Positions 14,401-29,100 of a DNA stretch of 64,000 nt are shown here, in pieces. The notes under the pieces are model-generated. The model was not told the origin of the DNA. It searched no databases and worked only from the letters and a program-made list of their open reading frames with translations. Position 1 is the stretch's first letter; every line of letters starts with the position of its first letter. The translations under genes and the position numbers were made by a program. Origin of the DNA: Tubiluchus corallicola (Eukaryota > Animalia > Priapulida). The stretch is from the NCBI GenBank assembly GCA_030141605.1, contig JAQGDQ010000087.1:310001-374000 (forward strand), read 5' to 3'.

Positions 14401-17400
14401 GTTGTTAGAAACAAAATTTCGTGATAACTAGTAAAATGGCCTCGACGAAATTGACGCCTAAAATCCAATAGTTTTCGAGTGAAAGCTAAAAAAGATATAG
14501 CACAGAAAGTATTCAATGTGTTACCATACCATGAGGTGCAGCTCCATCAGCAACTTTGCACAAAACGTGTCCAGTCCTTACATCAGAGAATGCCCAATGC
14601 TAAAAAACACACACAGAAATTAACGATGCAGCACACCTACAATTTGACGAATCACTGTTATGTTTGCCAAAGTAGCCCCAAACTTGGCTGAATTCAACAG
14701 AAAATTTATAATGTCACTGCCAAGTTAAGTTGGACAAAAATGGACCTTGTTACACTTCAACTGAGGTGAGCCAAATTATTTAAAGAAACTTACCATTCCA
14801 AATAACACATTACATCACCTTACACATACAAAGTTGGATACATTTGAAACATTTGCGTGCAAACAACAGACAGCTAATTTAGGATTATTTGATAGTTTGA
14901 AAGCGTAATGATTATATAAACTACTCCTACCAATGATATGCTTATTGTAAAATGTAGAAATGAGCAAAAAAGACGAAGACTGCAAAATGAAAAAAGCTAA
15001 TTTCAGTCCTTTGTACAAACTTTTGCTTGCAAGCTTAAATACCCGGAGTTTTTAAAAATTTCCAATTGAAGCTCTCTTTTTGCATATTTGTAATGTATCA
15101 TAAAAAGACAGCAGCTGCATACTGTCAATAATGCTGTGAAAGTGTGAATAATTATTTGACCAGCATAAATTTTGGATATTATTATTTATGGGACATTCAA
15201 GACTAGTAAGAAAAAATATCAGGTATAGTACAAGAAATTATATAGTGGCTGGCATTACAGCAAGGTTGCCCAATCAAGTTTTTGGCAAATCAGGTCAGTA
15301 CAGTACACTTCTGACTTATTTCTGAACAGGATCAAACAGACTAGTAGATGTAGTTTGGTTCGACATAATTGAACAGTTCACCAGTTAGTGCCATTATTAT
15401 GAAATTATTTTTTCTATGCTAACATCAGTAATAAAACACGCACGCACGCATTCACTCACTCACGTACACACACACACACACACACGCGCGTGCGTCTTGT
15501 ACTATAAACTTTGATCATACTTAGCAATACAAGGCATTGTAAATATTGTGGAAAGTGAAATTTTTTATAATGCTACTACTTTATAATGTACAACTATTCT
15601 GAAATAAACAATTTTAAATTAAAAGCTAAACAACTAACACAAAACAACATTCCTATCAATTTACATACATATATATTATTACATAAATCCCTCATAAGCA
15701 GCTATCATAAAACACAGAATACAGACAAGCAGAACCAATTCATGGAAGGCAATGTTATATAACTGACTAACCTCATCAGTTGAACAACTGAGTAAATAGT
15801 CTCCAGTAGCATGTAAACTAAGTCCAGTCACAGAAGCATCGTGTGCACGTACAACTTGCACACAGGTGGCACTGGGAACTGTCCAGACACGAATAGTCGT
15901 GTCCGGGCTGCCACTGAATGCAATGTCCTACATAGTAGAAAAACAACAGTCAATCAAAATAACCGATGTTTACGTAAAAGAAATACAATAAAAATTGAAA
16001 GTTATAAAAACGAAGCTTTTAAATTAATTTCGGATAATTCCATCAGCTACGCATTCAGCTTTCACCTATTTTTCAAATTTTTAGGATCACACGAAGGTTT
16101 CTCATATAAGTCACACTTCAGGAAATTGAAAACTGTACTATAACCTAAGAAAACCTTATTTTCCAGACCAGTCCATACAGGCAAAATAGTTGTGATTCAT
16201 AAATATAAAAAATGCTTGCAAATCACTGGCATAATAGCTGAGCATTGAGTTCTCAACACATGCTTTCAATATGTTCCACAACATTAGTTTACATGCGCAT
16301 ATGGCATATATAGCTCATTATAAACACTAATCACACTACGAAGTTATCGAGAATCTGGGAATAGCAATAAGCAAAAACAAACAGCCAAAAATGTCAGCTG
16401 CTATATAGTTGTGTATTTCAAACATTAAAACAACAAACAAACCTCTTCTGGGTGATAGATGACGCTGGTGACTTTTTTCGAATGACCTTTCAGTATGGCT
16501 ACGACCTGCTCAGTATCCTTATTAAACACAACGGCATTCTTGTCGTTACCACCTACACGTACAGTACAGGACATCAAAAGTTCGTTACCGAAATACTTCA
16601 AAGTTTAAGCTTTTGTCCAAAATATAAAACTGCTTTAAACTATCTGATTGTTTATAGAAGCAATCAAATAGCAAAAATCAAATTCAAAAAAAGTAATAAA
16701 ACTCATAAATCCTTACAAATGAATCTGATTAAGTATAAAAAATACACTGCACATACAGAAGGCAGAATATACTTCTGATAGATCCAAAATGCTGTATTCT
16801 TTCATAGCGTACATTTTATTACTATTTTATTATTATCTGAATTATCCATCATGAAATCATAAAGTAAAATTATGGGTGGATTGAAATTGTAACTTTCACA
16901 TATTCATTACTCAGGTTTGTTAGAACTTACCTGTGATGGCCATAGATGTATTAGCCGCATGAAGATCCAAAGACAGAATTCCTGGAACACTTGCACTGTG
17001 CAAACCCTGCAAATAACGGTGTGTACATGAGAACTTTGCAAAATCAGAAATGTAAAAACTATGTATGTACTTGCAGAAGCTGGTGTATATTGTATACAAT
17101 AATGTAAAATCTATAGTGCTGATTACAATATGCAAGAATAAGGTTGCGGAAATTATATATATTATAATATATTATATATAGTAATATATTATAACATATA
17201 TTAATATAATAAAGATTGTATATAATAATCTTTATTTGCCATAAAAAATCGATATTCATAACTATAAAAGCATAAAAGAACATCGCATCATGAGAATAAA
17301 ATTCACACAACTGTTAAAGGCAAATGCATCCACTGCAAACTAAAAACTGTTGTGCCAAAAATTTAAAACAAAGTATACATTATAATGTTACACGCAAATT

Positions 17401-20400
17401 ATAATAGACTATATAAAATATATACATACAATTTAAAATGGACGTGGGTAAATAAAATTTGCGGATGAATATATATTATCGTTTACGTATATAGGGTTTT
17501 CAAAACGATTTAATGTACGTATTTTTAATTTTGATTTGAATTCGCCGAAAGACTTGATTTGTTTTAAATTTGATGGCAGGGTATTCCAAAGATGAACTCC
17601 TCGTTTAGTGAAAGAATTGTTGACGTATTTGTTATTAGTGCGTATCTGTTTAATATTGTGTGTTCATGGATTTAATGTTGGCTGCAAGAGGAATGGAAGC
17701 TTCACAGCTAAAAAATAATAACTAATGCAGTTATAAATAGAACAAGTATGGTTTCAATCACTGAAGCATAACCAAAAAAATCTGTTTTTAACCCACAGTA
17801 GTGAACAAAAATAATTTATAAATAGGAATTTTATTTCAGGCCATAAACAGCTTGCAAATTTCTCAAAAATAAAAAAAACTGTTGATTCATTTTTCTTGGT
17901 GCCAGAAAAGACCATTACTGAACAGAAAAAATATCATTCAAAACTATAAAAACAACTATAAGTGTAGTGCCTAAAAATTGCACAAACACAGGCAACTCAG
18001 ATAACCTTTCTCAACTTACTTTTTACCATAAAATATTCCGAATGGCCTTTAAACAAAAGGTGTTAAACTTGATAATCTGATATTTGTTTACTTAAAAATG
18101 CTATTCTACACTAAAATGTACGTAAAAAAATAAATTTATTATAAATCTTCATATCTATTTAAAATATATGTCTATCAGGCAGAATAAACTGTTACACATT
18201 GAAGCCAACCTTAACCAAAGGTAATAGAGCAATTATAAGGATAATGTGAAAGGCTTGATGAATTATCCATGGATTATTGCATATTCTAAATTAATAATGA
18301 CTCTAACGTGAGTAAACTCACACCTGGAAGTGTTAGATTTATCAGTGGACCACTAGGGCTGAACTAAGGCTTGTCCCTGCTTAAGCGGATTGTGTCATCT
18401 AGTTGCCAAGGCAACAAACGTACACCAGCCAGTATCAGAGTGTGAAATCCAAACCAAGCATGATATATTATGAGTCCATTATACATTCGCTTGCTTGTGT
18501 CTAAGAATTATGCTTGTGTTATAAAGAAATTATGTTTCTGTTGTCAGATTTTTATTTTAGTTCAGTTATTTTCAGTTTGATTTTTTTTTATTATGCACTT
18601 ATTATTACTGTGTATGAATTGTACTAACACGTTATAAGCATATCAATTTAGTGTCATTCGTAACAATTTAGTTTTTATTATAAGCAGTACTAACACTAAA
18701 ACACTGTAGCATAGCGCCTATAAAAAATGTTCATCACTAACCAAAGGGCAGCTGACTAGATGACCAATTGGTCTTTCGCTGCCCTTTCTTCACATTTTTG
18801 TTACCAAATTAATAGTATTATAACTGTGCGTGTGTTACAAGATAAATAAAAGATTATTATTATTATAAGCCTCAAATTCCCTATCATTCTGTTAAATTTT
18901 GTTTAAAATCTCCCTACTAATTAATTATTAGTTGATGAACCAGCAAATAAAATTGTATGTAACGTGTTGTTCTTACCGGATGCGAAGCAATTTGGCGATA
19001 CATTCGTATGTCTTCTCCTTTCATGAGATCCTCTGGGATTTGCTTCCCTCTCTTCTTGCGTTCAGCAGTCAGCACTGTAGCCTTGTCCTGCAGCTTCTTA
19101 ATCACCTCTTCTGTCATGCCAGCGCCCTCTCTGGGTTGATCAGCACGATCAAACGCTTCGGCTGCATATTGCTGCATAAACGTTAAAACGCTATTCAAAT
19201 ACATAATTCATGCAAAACTCATTGCAATATCACATAGACAGTATACGAGCCTCAATCGGCAGTGGCTTGGATCTGTGTGTATGTACAGGATGTACAGATT
19301 TCATTCTGTTGTTCTCTTACCTTCAAACATAAATCCTCTGTATGATAAGGATTTTAACGAACAATCTTCGAAATGCATACAGATAATGTTTTGAAATTAC
19401 ATTTGAAAAGTTCGGCAAACTTACCGGATGTGGAACGTTGGCAGCTGCACCTGCTATTATACCTGCTTGTGGCTTCAAAGTTGCCAAAGCTGAAAAAATA
19501 AAAAGTAAAGTGTAGGCTTACAATTACATTAACGTGACTTACAATAACTTACCAATTAAATGTGCAAGAGTCAGCAAGTGCAATACCGCAGCCAATAATT
19601 TTCAAAGAAGCAATTTTTACAAATCATAGCAACAATGTGTTCAGATAATGAATGTATTTCCTTGACATATCCAAACAAAATGCAAAAAATAAAATGTTTA
19701 TACCCTCTCTGGCAGCTGTAACTTCCTTTGTCAATCTTGCAATGACACGACAGGCAGCATCGTGCTGGTACAAAGCGTGAGACAACTCTACAAAAATAAA
19801 AATACCCTTATTCTCAACAACCATGGAAAATTGTACATTTCTAAAAATGCTACTATGGTTCTTTGTGGTTCCTTACTCTATAACTCAAAAATTCTACATA
19901 AGAATTAAAGACGAGCAAAATCTTCTCTATTCAGTGAAGTAAATTATATGGACACAAAGTTTGCAAAAATTCAAGTTCTTATTTAGACATACCTTGTCTA
20001 GCAGTCTGCAGCTGCTGGCGTAATGTGAAACTATGGAGCATGACTGCATCCTATGAAGCAAAAAATAATAATTTAGTACCAGCTTCATGTGATGTACATA
20101 TTTTTAATGTAAAAAAATAAGCTTTACATGTTTTGAAGTGTCTAAGACAAAAGGAAAAGCTACACAAAAATGTGGCACAAATATTTCATTAATAACAGCT
20201 TAGCACAACACACTGTTATTCCTGGCTAGTATACTCTCCAGTTGATTTTACGACACAATCGTTTAAAAAGGGACAATAATTTGTGTGCGTGATATCGCTT
20301 TATGTGCAGCAGTTAAGTTATCCAGTACTATAGTCTGAAAATACGTAAAGATGTCCATTCCCTTCAATGCAACAGAATAATGAGCAAATAGACAAAGAAA

Positions 20401-22390
20401 TGATCTACTACACTTGTGAGTCATTTCACATATAATTTCCAAAGCGTATAAACATTATTTAAAATACTATTTCCCAGGGTAAATGGAAATCTACATCAAT
20501 CATACCCATTCATCTTGCAGGATTTTCAAAATGGCTGGAATGCTAGTAGCAGATGGAGGTCTTGGCTTCACAATAGGTGGCACTGAAACATTACACATAG
20601 AATTCTTCAAGTCATCCATATGTTTCTTTTCTTTGCAATAAATTATTACTAATTTTTAAACTATGATGGTATGTCATGTACAAATTAGTCACAATTAAAA
20701 TCAATAACACAGAATACACAGAGCATGACTAAATGTGAAAGCTCATTATAGTAAGAAAATGAAAACTCAATCAGTAGGCCTAATGAAAACCAGGATAATT
20801 TTCATAAAGATAACAAAATGTTAACGACTTCGTCATTTTATCATTTGTGGATTTTTTATTTTACTGATGCAGCTTACTTTTTATTATTCTTACTCAAAGA
20901 AGCAACAGTTTGTTTATTAAAACATAATTAGTTTCCAAACTTCATAATTAGACCTAGAATACTAATGAATCTAGACAAATATTTCCCAACCGTACAGATT
21001 TACCTACAATCACTTCTCCAAGTATAAAGAGAACTGGCATTCCTTATCCTAGTTCTGATCTAAACCAGATACAAATTCTGACCAAGTGAGTTGAAACCAG
21101 GGGCGGAACTAGGAGGGAGCGAGGGGGCGCACGCGCCCCCCTGCAAAATCGGACAAATAATTTTTTTTGCTGTGAAAATTGCAGTTCGCATGTAATCATT
21201 TTCAATATGAATTAGAATTAGGTAAAAAAATGTTTGGTAGCTTCAGTGTATTATTTTCTTAAAAATTGTGTGTGATAAATTTCTGTAAATAACAATTTAG
21301 TTAGAGGCACATTAATAACGTTAGGTTAACTGACAGTTAATTTTCTCATTATTGCTTTCTCCGCTACGCCATCCGACACACGCTAATTATAGGCCTGCAT
21401 GCAGTATAAAAGGGGTTAAAATTGGCTTAACCAATATTTAACCACTTCGGATGCCTCGCCCCCCCCCCCCTGCTTGCCACATCTAGTTCCGGCCCTGGTT
21501 GAAACACATATCATCATCTAACCACAACTGCACTTTACTAACCTTTCAAGTCAATAAGCTGGGTTTTATCTAAGGGTTGCCCATTGACTGGATCGGTGCC
21601 ATTGTCAGTAATGTATTTTTCCACAAGCCGTCGCTCAAAAATGCTTCCAGAAACTGGAGAGACGACTGGGTTCTCAGGAACCTCATTAGAAACTGAAAAA
21701 GCATTGCATTTCTTTATTTCACATTTCATGGTGGCTTAACAGGGTCCCCTTTATAGGTACCATGCGGCAAACTTCAACACTTTAATATAGCATGTTTAGG
21801 GAGCCAGAATTTATTTTATTTTTGTTTTGTTTTATTCAATCATACAGAAAAAGTTGTACAAAGTAGTTTGCTTGTTTGCTGATGAAATCAACTGAATTTG
21901 AAATTGAAAAACTTCGTTTCGTATCCTTCAAGGTACCCTGTAATAAATTTATAACCTGGGTATCAACTTTTCGTAATTATAACGGTACAACAACAAAATT
22001 ATAAAGGTAATTACATATTTACAACAACATTATAAAGGTATAACAACATAATTATAAAGACACAGCGACCATATTACTGAAAGCGAAAAAATTACAGTAT
22101 CTTATTCTGTAAATGCGAACTAAGTAAGTATATATGTTCAGTATTGCAGGTGTGGAGATTAAGCGCCCAATTCTTCATTGACAATTTTAACTGCAACACA
22201 GAACTTCTTAAGAAATCACAGAAAAATTGTTTGTAAAACCCCTCTATAAAGGCGCAAACTATAGCACAGAAAACGACACGAGCGTTAGAAGGCAAATCAA
22301 CGTCAGAATAAAAATATAACTCTAATTTTATTTAGTAAACTAATATGTAAATTATTAAAAAACCAACTCACTTGCACAAACAACAGACAT
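11418..22390 (-). CDS. PRPF19: Pre-mRNA-processing factor 19 (U-box, coiled-coil, WD40), complete, 506 aa
   Basis: 15 GT-AG exons: 22372-22390, 21543-21692, 20506-20582, 19993-20050, 19704-19787, 19425-19489, 18977-19171, 16931-17006, 16443-16552, 15772-15927, 14530-14599, 14174-14314, 13685-13800, 13033-13094, 11418-11559 (1521 nt in total, phases consistent). Motifs include [62 protein letters not shown]. Confidence 0.98.
17480..17660 (-). mobile_element. CR1/L2 LINE ORF2 3' fragment
   Basis: Translates [31 protein letters not shown] (WN.LP...FK..LK motif). Confidence 0.7.
18740..18866 (+). mobile_element. CR1/L2-like retroelement 3' end
   Basis: Hairpin aaagggcagc...gctgcccttt enclosing gactagatgaccaattggtctttcg, then aataaa and an (att)n tail; similar to 2439-2552. 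Confidence 0.55.
21098..21497. mobile_element. hAT-type MITE
   Basis: TIRs caggggcggaactag / ctagttccggccctg; perfect 8-bp TSD gttgaaac at 21090-21097 and 21498-21505. Confidence 0.92.
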
Positions 22391-22410
22391 CTTTGAGAAA
22401 GAGCGTGATA

Positions 22411-22430
22411 GTCACGTGATCTTCTATTGG
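22411..22430 (-). promoter_or_regulatory. Putative PRPF19 proximal promoter motifs (E-box GTCACGTGAT and CCAAT box)
   Basis: gtcacgtgat at 22411-22420 and attgg (CCAAT on the minus strand) at 22426-22430, 20-40 nt upstream of the ATG. Confidence 0.45.
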
Positions 22431-24966
22431 TCAACTAGCGCCATCACTTGAATAATAATAAAAATTATTACTGTATATTACAGAATTTTTTTTTGGTAAC
22501 TCTGACATTATTTCTCTACTTATGGGCTAAGAAATTAAGTTTTTAGGTTTTTAGTGTAATATGTTCACTTTGCTGATCCATATTTTGGTTACACAGTTTT
22601 GACCTTTGAGAATTCTTTGACACCTACGTGCCATCTTACGGTAACTCATCCTTCCGGCATAAAAATGTATTGGATATCTGATCAGCTGATGCCAAATAAA
22701 ATATATTACTGTTGTAGTAACCAAAGAGGCCAAACAACAAGTTGGTGACAATAATCAAAGGTAAATGTGAATAGCACAAAAAACAAGCAAAAACAAGGAT
22801 GAACATCATCATACAACTATAATTATCATTTTATTACGTTCTTGTTAGACATTAGAAATGTATGAGGAGGGAGCAGTTTAGTTATAATAATCCTGGAAAG
22901 AAATGTAAATCTAAGCATACCTCAAACTTACTCATGCAACTACAGTCAACAGACTCAACACGTCTTTCTAAAATTCCACAATCATAATGATGAATAACTG
23001 TAAAAAAAATCTGATCCCCATAATCATTTATGACCTACCCCACTGGCACACATATTTTAGTTTATGTGAAAACTATGAAATCATTTTAATGTACAAATAT
23101 CTGGCATTAATTTTTAAGGAAAATAACATACTAATACCATGTCTTTTTTCAGTTATTTCAAATCATCAAACCCCAAAGCAATATATGCTGGGGAAATGGG
23201 TATTGGTATTGCTCTTAATAGCACAAAACACAAGGCTGTGTGATTATCAAAACAGGCTGTGTGATAACATATTTCATATGTTACAGGTTTTCAAATGTCG
23301 AGAGAATCATTACAGAACTGCAAAAAAGTTCATCTTTAGAGAATACAGACACAATATCAAATTTAAGGTAACAGCTAAAAGCCTACTGTTACTTAGTTAA
23401 CTAACTAACAACTAAACAAATTTACAGTATACATGTACATTGAAACAAAATAATATTGATATTGAAAAACACAATACATGTGCAGAAATTGGCCCCTACT
23501 TGCAACATAACCAGATTTATCAGTAAACAATCATCAAATAAATTCTCATCATAACTAACATTGACAAACAATTATACACCTAAAATAATGTTTATTCACA
23601 TTACAAATTTCAATACATAGAAGGATTAACAAAAACGACTCATCTGCTGCCTAAATAAATAACATGTCGAAACATAATACGTGATCAGAAAAACAATGAC
23701 ATTTTCATCCGTCTTTCACTTGTGATAACTCAAATCACATCAAATACTTATACGATGTGCAAAACCGTTTAAATAATAATACAAAACTTTCATAAGTGAA
23801 ACAGATACATAATTAATAACTAGACTTTACGTATCTAAAAAACAACTACTAAAATTTTATTATAGTGATAAAAGAGCATGAAAATATAACATACGTTTTG
23901 TAGTTTTTTATGTCAAACCCCCAAGTCAAAGCTTTATACAAAGAATCGTCTTGAGAAAAGGTTTGTAAAACAACTTGCAATAAGCACCCATGGGCACAGA
24001 TGCGTAGATATTCTCTGCAAAGTAATAAGTGATATTCTAAATAAGTTTCAAGAATTTTTTAATGCAAATCTGCTCAAATACCACTATGTCTTTTAAGTTT
24101 AATATAATGATACTAAGCCAAACCAGGTCTCGTAAAAAAGTCAAGATACGGAATTCAAATTTTAATGCACAGCCTCATTCTGAGACAAAACTTAGTCCAT
24201 TTGTAACATGATAAAATGGTTCTGCAACAGGTCTTATTTTCTACGTAACAAGTGAATTCTGTGAGATACAATTCTGAAGAATTAACGCTAAGATAGAATT
24301 TGAAATGTCGTAATATGGTAAACTGAATCTGACGTCTGGAACATTTGCAATGGGATAATCTGGTGCCTCTGTACTTAGTTTCTAATTACAATATGTTATC
24401 CAGTGCATTTAGTAGTGATGACAACTTAGGAAATTTGTGAATAACTTACACAATATTTAAAGGAGCACTGAGGTCTTTTAGTAAGTATGCATAAAAAACT
24501 GCTCATGATACCCCAAGACTAACTGTCGATTTTGTCTGACTTTGTTTTCATTGGTGCTCGGACTTCACCCAGCCGGACCAAACGCTTACTGCTGCGTAGC
24601 AAAACTGTTTGTTTCTCTAGGTCAACACATCTCTAGACAACATTTACAGGTCAACTGATCACCGGGAAGTCAAAAATTCTATGGCTTGTGAACTCATTTC
24701 TATGCACATAGTGGGTCATCTTAGACTTACCAGTAGTACATGTGCTCTCAAACCAGATAAGAGAGAAATTCATTAATATACACTCGAGATGGAGCCTTTT
24801 TCTTAGACTACTTCACGGAACTTCTATGAATAAATTGACGGCAAAGTTTAAAACAGTCAGGGCAACTTGCCCAATAAATAATTATAACAACAATCATAGA
24901 CACTTTTTCTATCATTAAAGGCACAAATTACTTATTTATTTTTATCGGTTCTGTTTTTCAACATAT

Positions 24967-25070
24967 CCTTCTGCTACTAGCATTATTCCAGCCATTTTGA
25001 AAATCTTGCAAGATGAATGGGTACGATTGATATCGACTTCCATTTACCCAGGGAAATAATGTTTATATGG
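24967..25070 (+). pseudogene. Inverted duplicate fragment of PRPF19 exon 3, its donor and the intron start
   Basis: ccttctgctactagcattattccagccattttgaaaatcttgcaagatgaatgg|gtacgattga... matches the reverse complement of 20445-20556 ([17 protein letters not shown]|gt) with an att insertion and a 12-nt deletion. Confidence 0.9.
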
Positions 25071-26137
25071 CATAAAACTGATCGTAGTGAAATAGAACAT
25101 CCGCACCCTGTGCCCCTATTAGAAGCCTCTATCTATGATGCTAGACGATGCGAAAAAATTTGTCTGGGAACAGAGTACATAGAACAGGGGTGCATGTCTG
25201 CACTTAGCTGTCACAATAACACCTAAACCACAGGAAAAAGACTTAATAAAGAGACTTAGATATTTGTCTTTATTCATGACCCACACAAAAAAAAATTTGG
25301 GCTGTTGAAGGTGCTAAAGTTGGGACTCGTTCTCATCTAGTTCAAAATTCACAGTTAATTTACAACATGTCAAGGCCTTGACAAATTAGTTCAAAAAATA
25401 CCATACGGCAACCAAATTCTACTCTAATAGACATATTATGAGTAACATTTTGATTTGAATATAAAAAAAAGTTCTCCCAGAACATATTTGTACATGCGAA
25501 AAAATTCTGGGAAGATATTCAAAGTGTCCAAAATCATAGGAAGACCCCTTTTAGACTTAAAAAGTGCTATCTGAATGGCATTTCTACTGCCAAATATCGA
25601 CCTATATTACTCTGATGAAGTTGACCTTACAATGTGCTAATTTTACATATTTCAATAGTAGGCCAATTTAGAGTGTTTACTGGGTGTGAAACAGTACACC
25701 GACACTGCTTAATGTGATCGATGTATCTTATCAGCCAAGTAGAAGTGGCTTTATCGACCAAACGGTGAGTTTACGGAGTCGCAAATAGCAGATTATAGTG
25801 GATCCATCATAAAAACACATACTTATAAAAAAACCTCAACACTTACAAGTGTTACAACGATGTTACTTCAGAAAGTGAATTCAGTGGCGTAGCTTTAGTT
25901 ATCTAATTTTGTACAACTTTATTATTTGTTCTCACTATGTACAATTTGTACAACATAAAAGAAAGAGGACTTTTATATATGAGCTATGTCACACTATGTT
26001 GCCATTTAACAAAATTCTGATTCCGAAATCTTACATGCTCCTTAAGTTACTACATCACAATTATGCTTCAAAGAAATCTACAAGGGGCACCAGTAAGTAT
26101 GTACACATGTAAGCTACATGACTAGTATTAACTGTGA

Positions 26138-29100
26138 TCAACTCTGAGTGGGATTGTCTTGTTCAGAGTTGTCCTCACTGCTCGTGTCACAGTCGGACGC
26201 CTTCTCATTTTGGCACTTGGCATCTAAGCGCTCTTTGATGGCTTGCAGCCTGGACAAGATGGACGCGTAGTCAAACTTCCCTCGTCGTTCACCAAAAGGA
26301 TCCTATATATTAACATATGTATGCATCAATAATGTCACTTCTGACAACTAAAACATTACACCTTTAACTCACTTATTTCCCACCCATGATGTCCATAAAG
26401 CCACTTGGCAGTATAGTAAAGTTGACAAATGATTTACTGGTAAATGCACAGATCATGAAATCAAAATGATATTTGTAAATGGTACACACAATAGTAAACT
26501 TCAATTTCTATTTATTATAGTTTGGGGTGATCCAAAATTATCATATGGATTATATCCACCAACTTCAATTTTACCTGCATCTGATGACCACACGTATGAA
26601 GGTGACTTTTGCAAGTTGAGTCGTAGTAGTCGTAAAATTCTATGAATGACTTTTCCATCACATCTCTAAAAAATAAAAAAATATTGTAACGTGATTTTTG
26701 AACAAGCAGTCGTACATGGAATGCTATATATGCATTTTAATGTGCCATCTTTTCCTATCTCAGTAGCATAGTATCACTAAAGACGGATGATGGGCAGTGA
26801 TGTAGCACTGGTCAAAATGTTATATACATCCGGATCCTTTGGACAGCTAACCCTAATGACTTTGGTAGTGAACCATGAACCAGAGTCGGAAATTTTTAAA
26901 TAGTGCTCTAAAATTCTTTGAAAATTTTCAAGTCAATCTGACGGGAAAAAATCGTGAAATGAGAAATTTACTTTCGTGAAGCTGGCAAAGGCAAAGATAT
27001 GGCAGGTATTTCAAACTAAAAAAGGCACAATTAGTTCTCAAGCTTCACAATGGTGCTTGATCACCATGATGGGACCTGAGTGAATTACGTGAGTGGCACA
27101 GCAGGACTAAATCAGGAAGTTATACGTAAGCATGCCTCTGCAAAGGTAACACTTAATTGATCTACGCAAGCATGTGAAAAAACATATAAAAGATTACGAC
27201 TTTTATTGTGAAAAGTATTCATCTTCCTCCATGTTAATCAGTTTGAGAGTAGAAGAAAACCATGCAAAATTAGATTATAAATCCAGTAACTATTATTACT
27301 AGTTCTACACTTATAATTACAATATTCTAAAAACATACTTTAAAGCCTGTGGGCATTGGGAGCTAATGGAATAGTTATCTTCCAACATGTCACAGACAGC
27401 TACACGTAATGACTCGTGTCGAATGCATTCATTATACCTCTGACAATCACCAACTTGTCTTTCCTGAAAACAAAGAACTGTAAACGATGTGGCCTCATGC
27501 ACACCCACTAACTGCAGTTAATTCTGGTACAGGTACCAGCTGCATCATAATACACACACATAATTACCATAATGTTGCGCGTCGACAAGCTAGTGGCCCG
27601 AAAAAATGTCGGCATGCGATTTGTAGGCAGTCTTCAAGTTACATTTTATTTTGTCAAACTTCAATGCCACAGTTAATTTCTACAGACAGCAGAATGTTTC
27701 AGTTTTGTAAATGCAATATAATTATAGTTTTCAGATCAGTCAAACTATATTTACTACTAGTTGGATAAAAAATAAACTAACCTGTTCAAAACCTGGTTCA
27801 TTGTGATACGGTTTTTCATTCATAAGTGACTGTATAGACATTAGCACACTGGACAGTGTTTGTGCTGGACTCCATGCTGGACCAGTCCATGTACTGAAAT
27901 AAACTGTTTGTATAGCAAAAATACTAATTCTTGTTCTTAAATATTAAGACTATAATACCATAATTATTAGGTGATAGGCAACATTTAATTAGTCTATTTA
28001 CAAATAAAACAAACTGATAAAAATCATAGCTAATTATGCTAATCATAAATACAAAAAAATTTAGTTTTGTTGTCTGTCTATCAACGAGACAGGTCAAACC
28101 TACGACTAATATGTGGCCATCCACATATAACGATAAAGTTTAGGGTATGTGGGTGGCAGCAGATGTGATGACGTCATCATAACGCAAGGTAGGTAGGAGA
28201 TTTAATCATGATATCTTTATTTGACTTTTGTTTTTTCAACTTCACGTTTCTTTCTCAAAAATCCATAAAGGCACATCTCAAGTATTGTCTTTAATCAAAA
28301 GCAGCAAAATGCACCACAGGTGGCGGTGCAATTAAATGAACAACCAACTCGTCCAGTACATCTGGCAGTAATGCGGTACAAGGAATGGTTGGTTGTAATC
28401 ACCCGAGAGGAGGAGGAATCTGCAGAATGGTTCGATTAAGAATTAGGGTTGCCACTGCCTCCAGGCCGATGGCAGTAGAATCCATTGATGGTTTTCCATT
28501 ATTTAACATAAGTAATGTTCTGCCTGTCCTTGGGAGGAGGAAGATTAAAATGTATAAAAAGCTATAATGACATGATAACAATCAATATAAGGGGCAAGTA
28601 GGTGGTGGGGCATATGATAATGTCATTATAATGCAAGGTAGGTAGGTCCTTGAAACAGTCCCAAAACTTGATATCGTTTTGTGTGGATGGCCTCTAGGCA
28701 ACTTTTAGCGATAAAGTATTGAGCTAAGATACAGCACCGTTAGCTTATTGCTACCATTTCGGGAGAGTAAGCAATGGCTATGTAGAATATCCGTGCATTA
28801 TTGTCATCATTTCAAGAGCAGAAAGTAAATACTACATAGAATGTTTGCACATTATTGATCATAAGTGGATGGATTTATTAACCTCTGTCATTTCATGCAG
28901 AACTTTTCAACACTGGACAAAATGTTTTTGTTGTTGCCATTGTTTTGTGTGTCAAGGTATGGAAGGTACCATGTTGAGTGGCTTTTGTGGGGCGGGTTTT
29001 TTACATGGTGAAACTAATCAAACAGCATCATCCAAAACAACACATTTTACTAGTTTCCACATTTTACAAATACAGTGGGCGCCGTTTATTAGACTCATGG

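Noticed and set aside
22987-23400. 137-aa ORF between PRPF19 and UBE2Z
   Set aside because: AT-rich composition, no motif, antisense to the probable UBE2Z 3' UTR
25611-25695. CTGATGA...GAAA as a hammerhead ribozyme
   Set aside because: Required flanking stems could not be formed by eye
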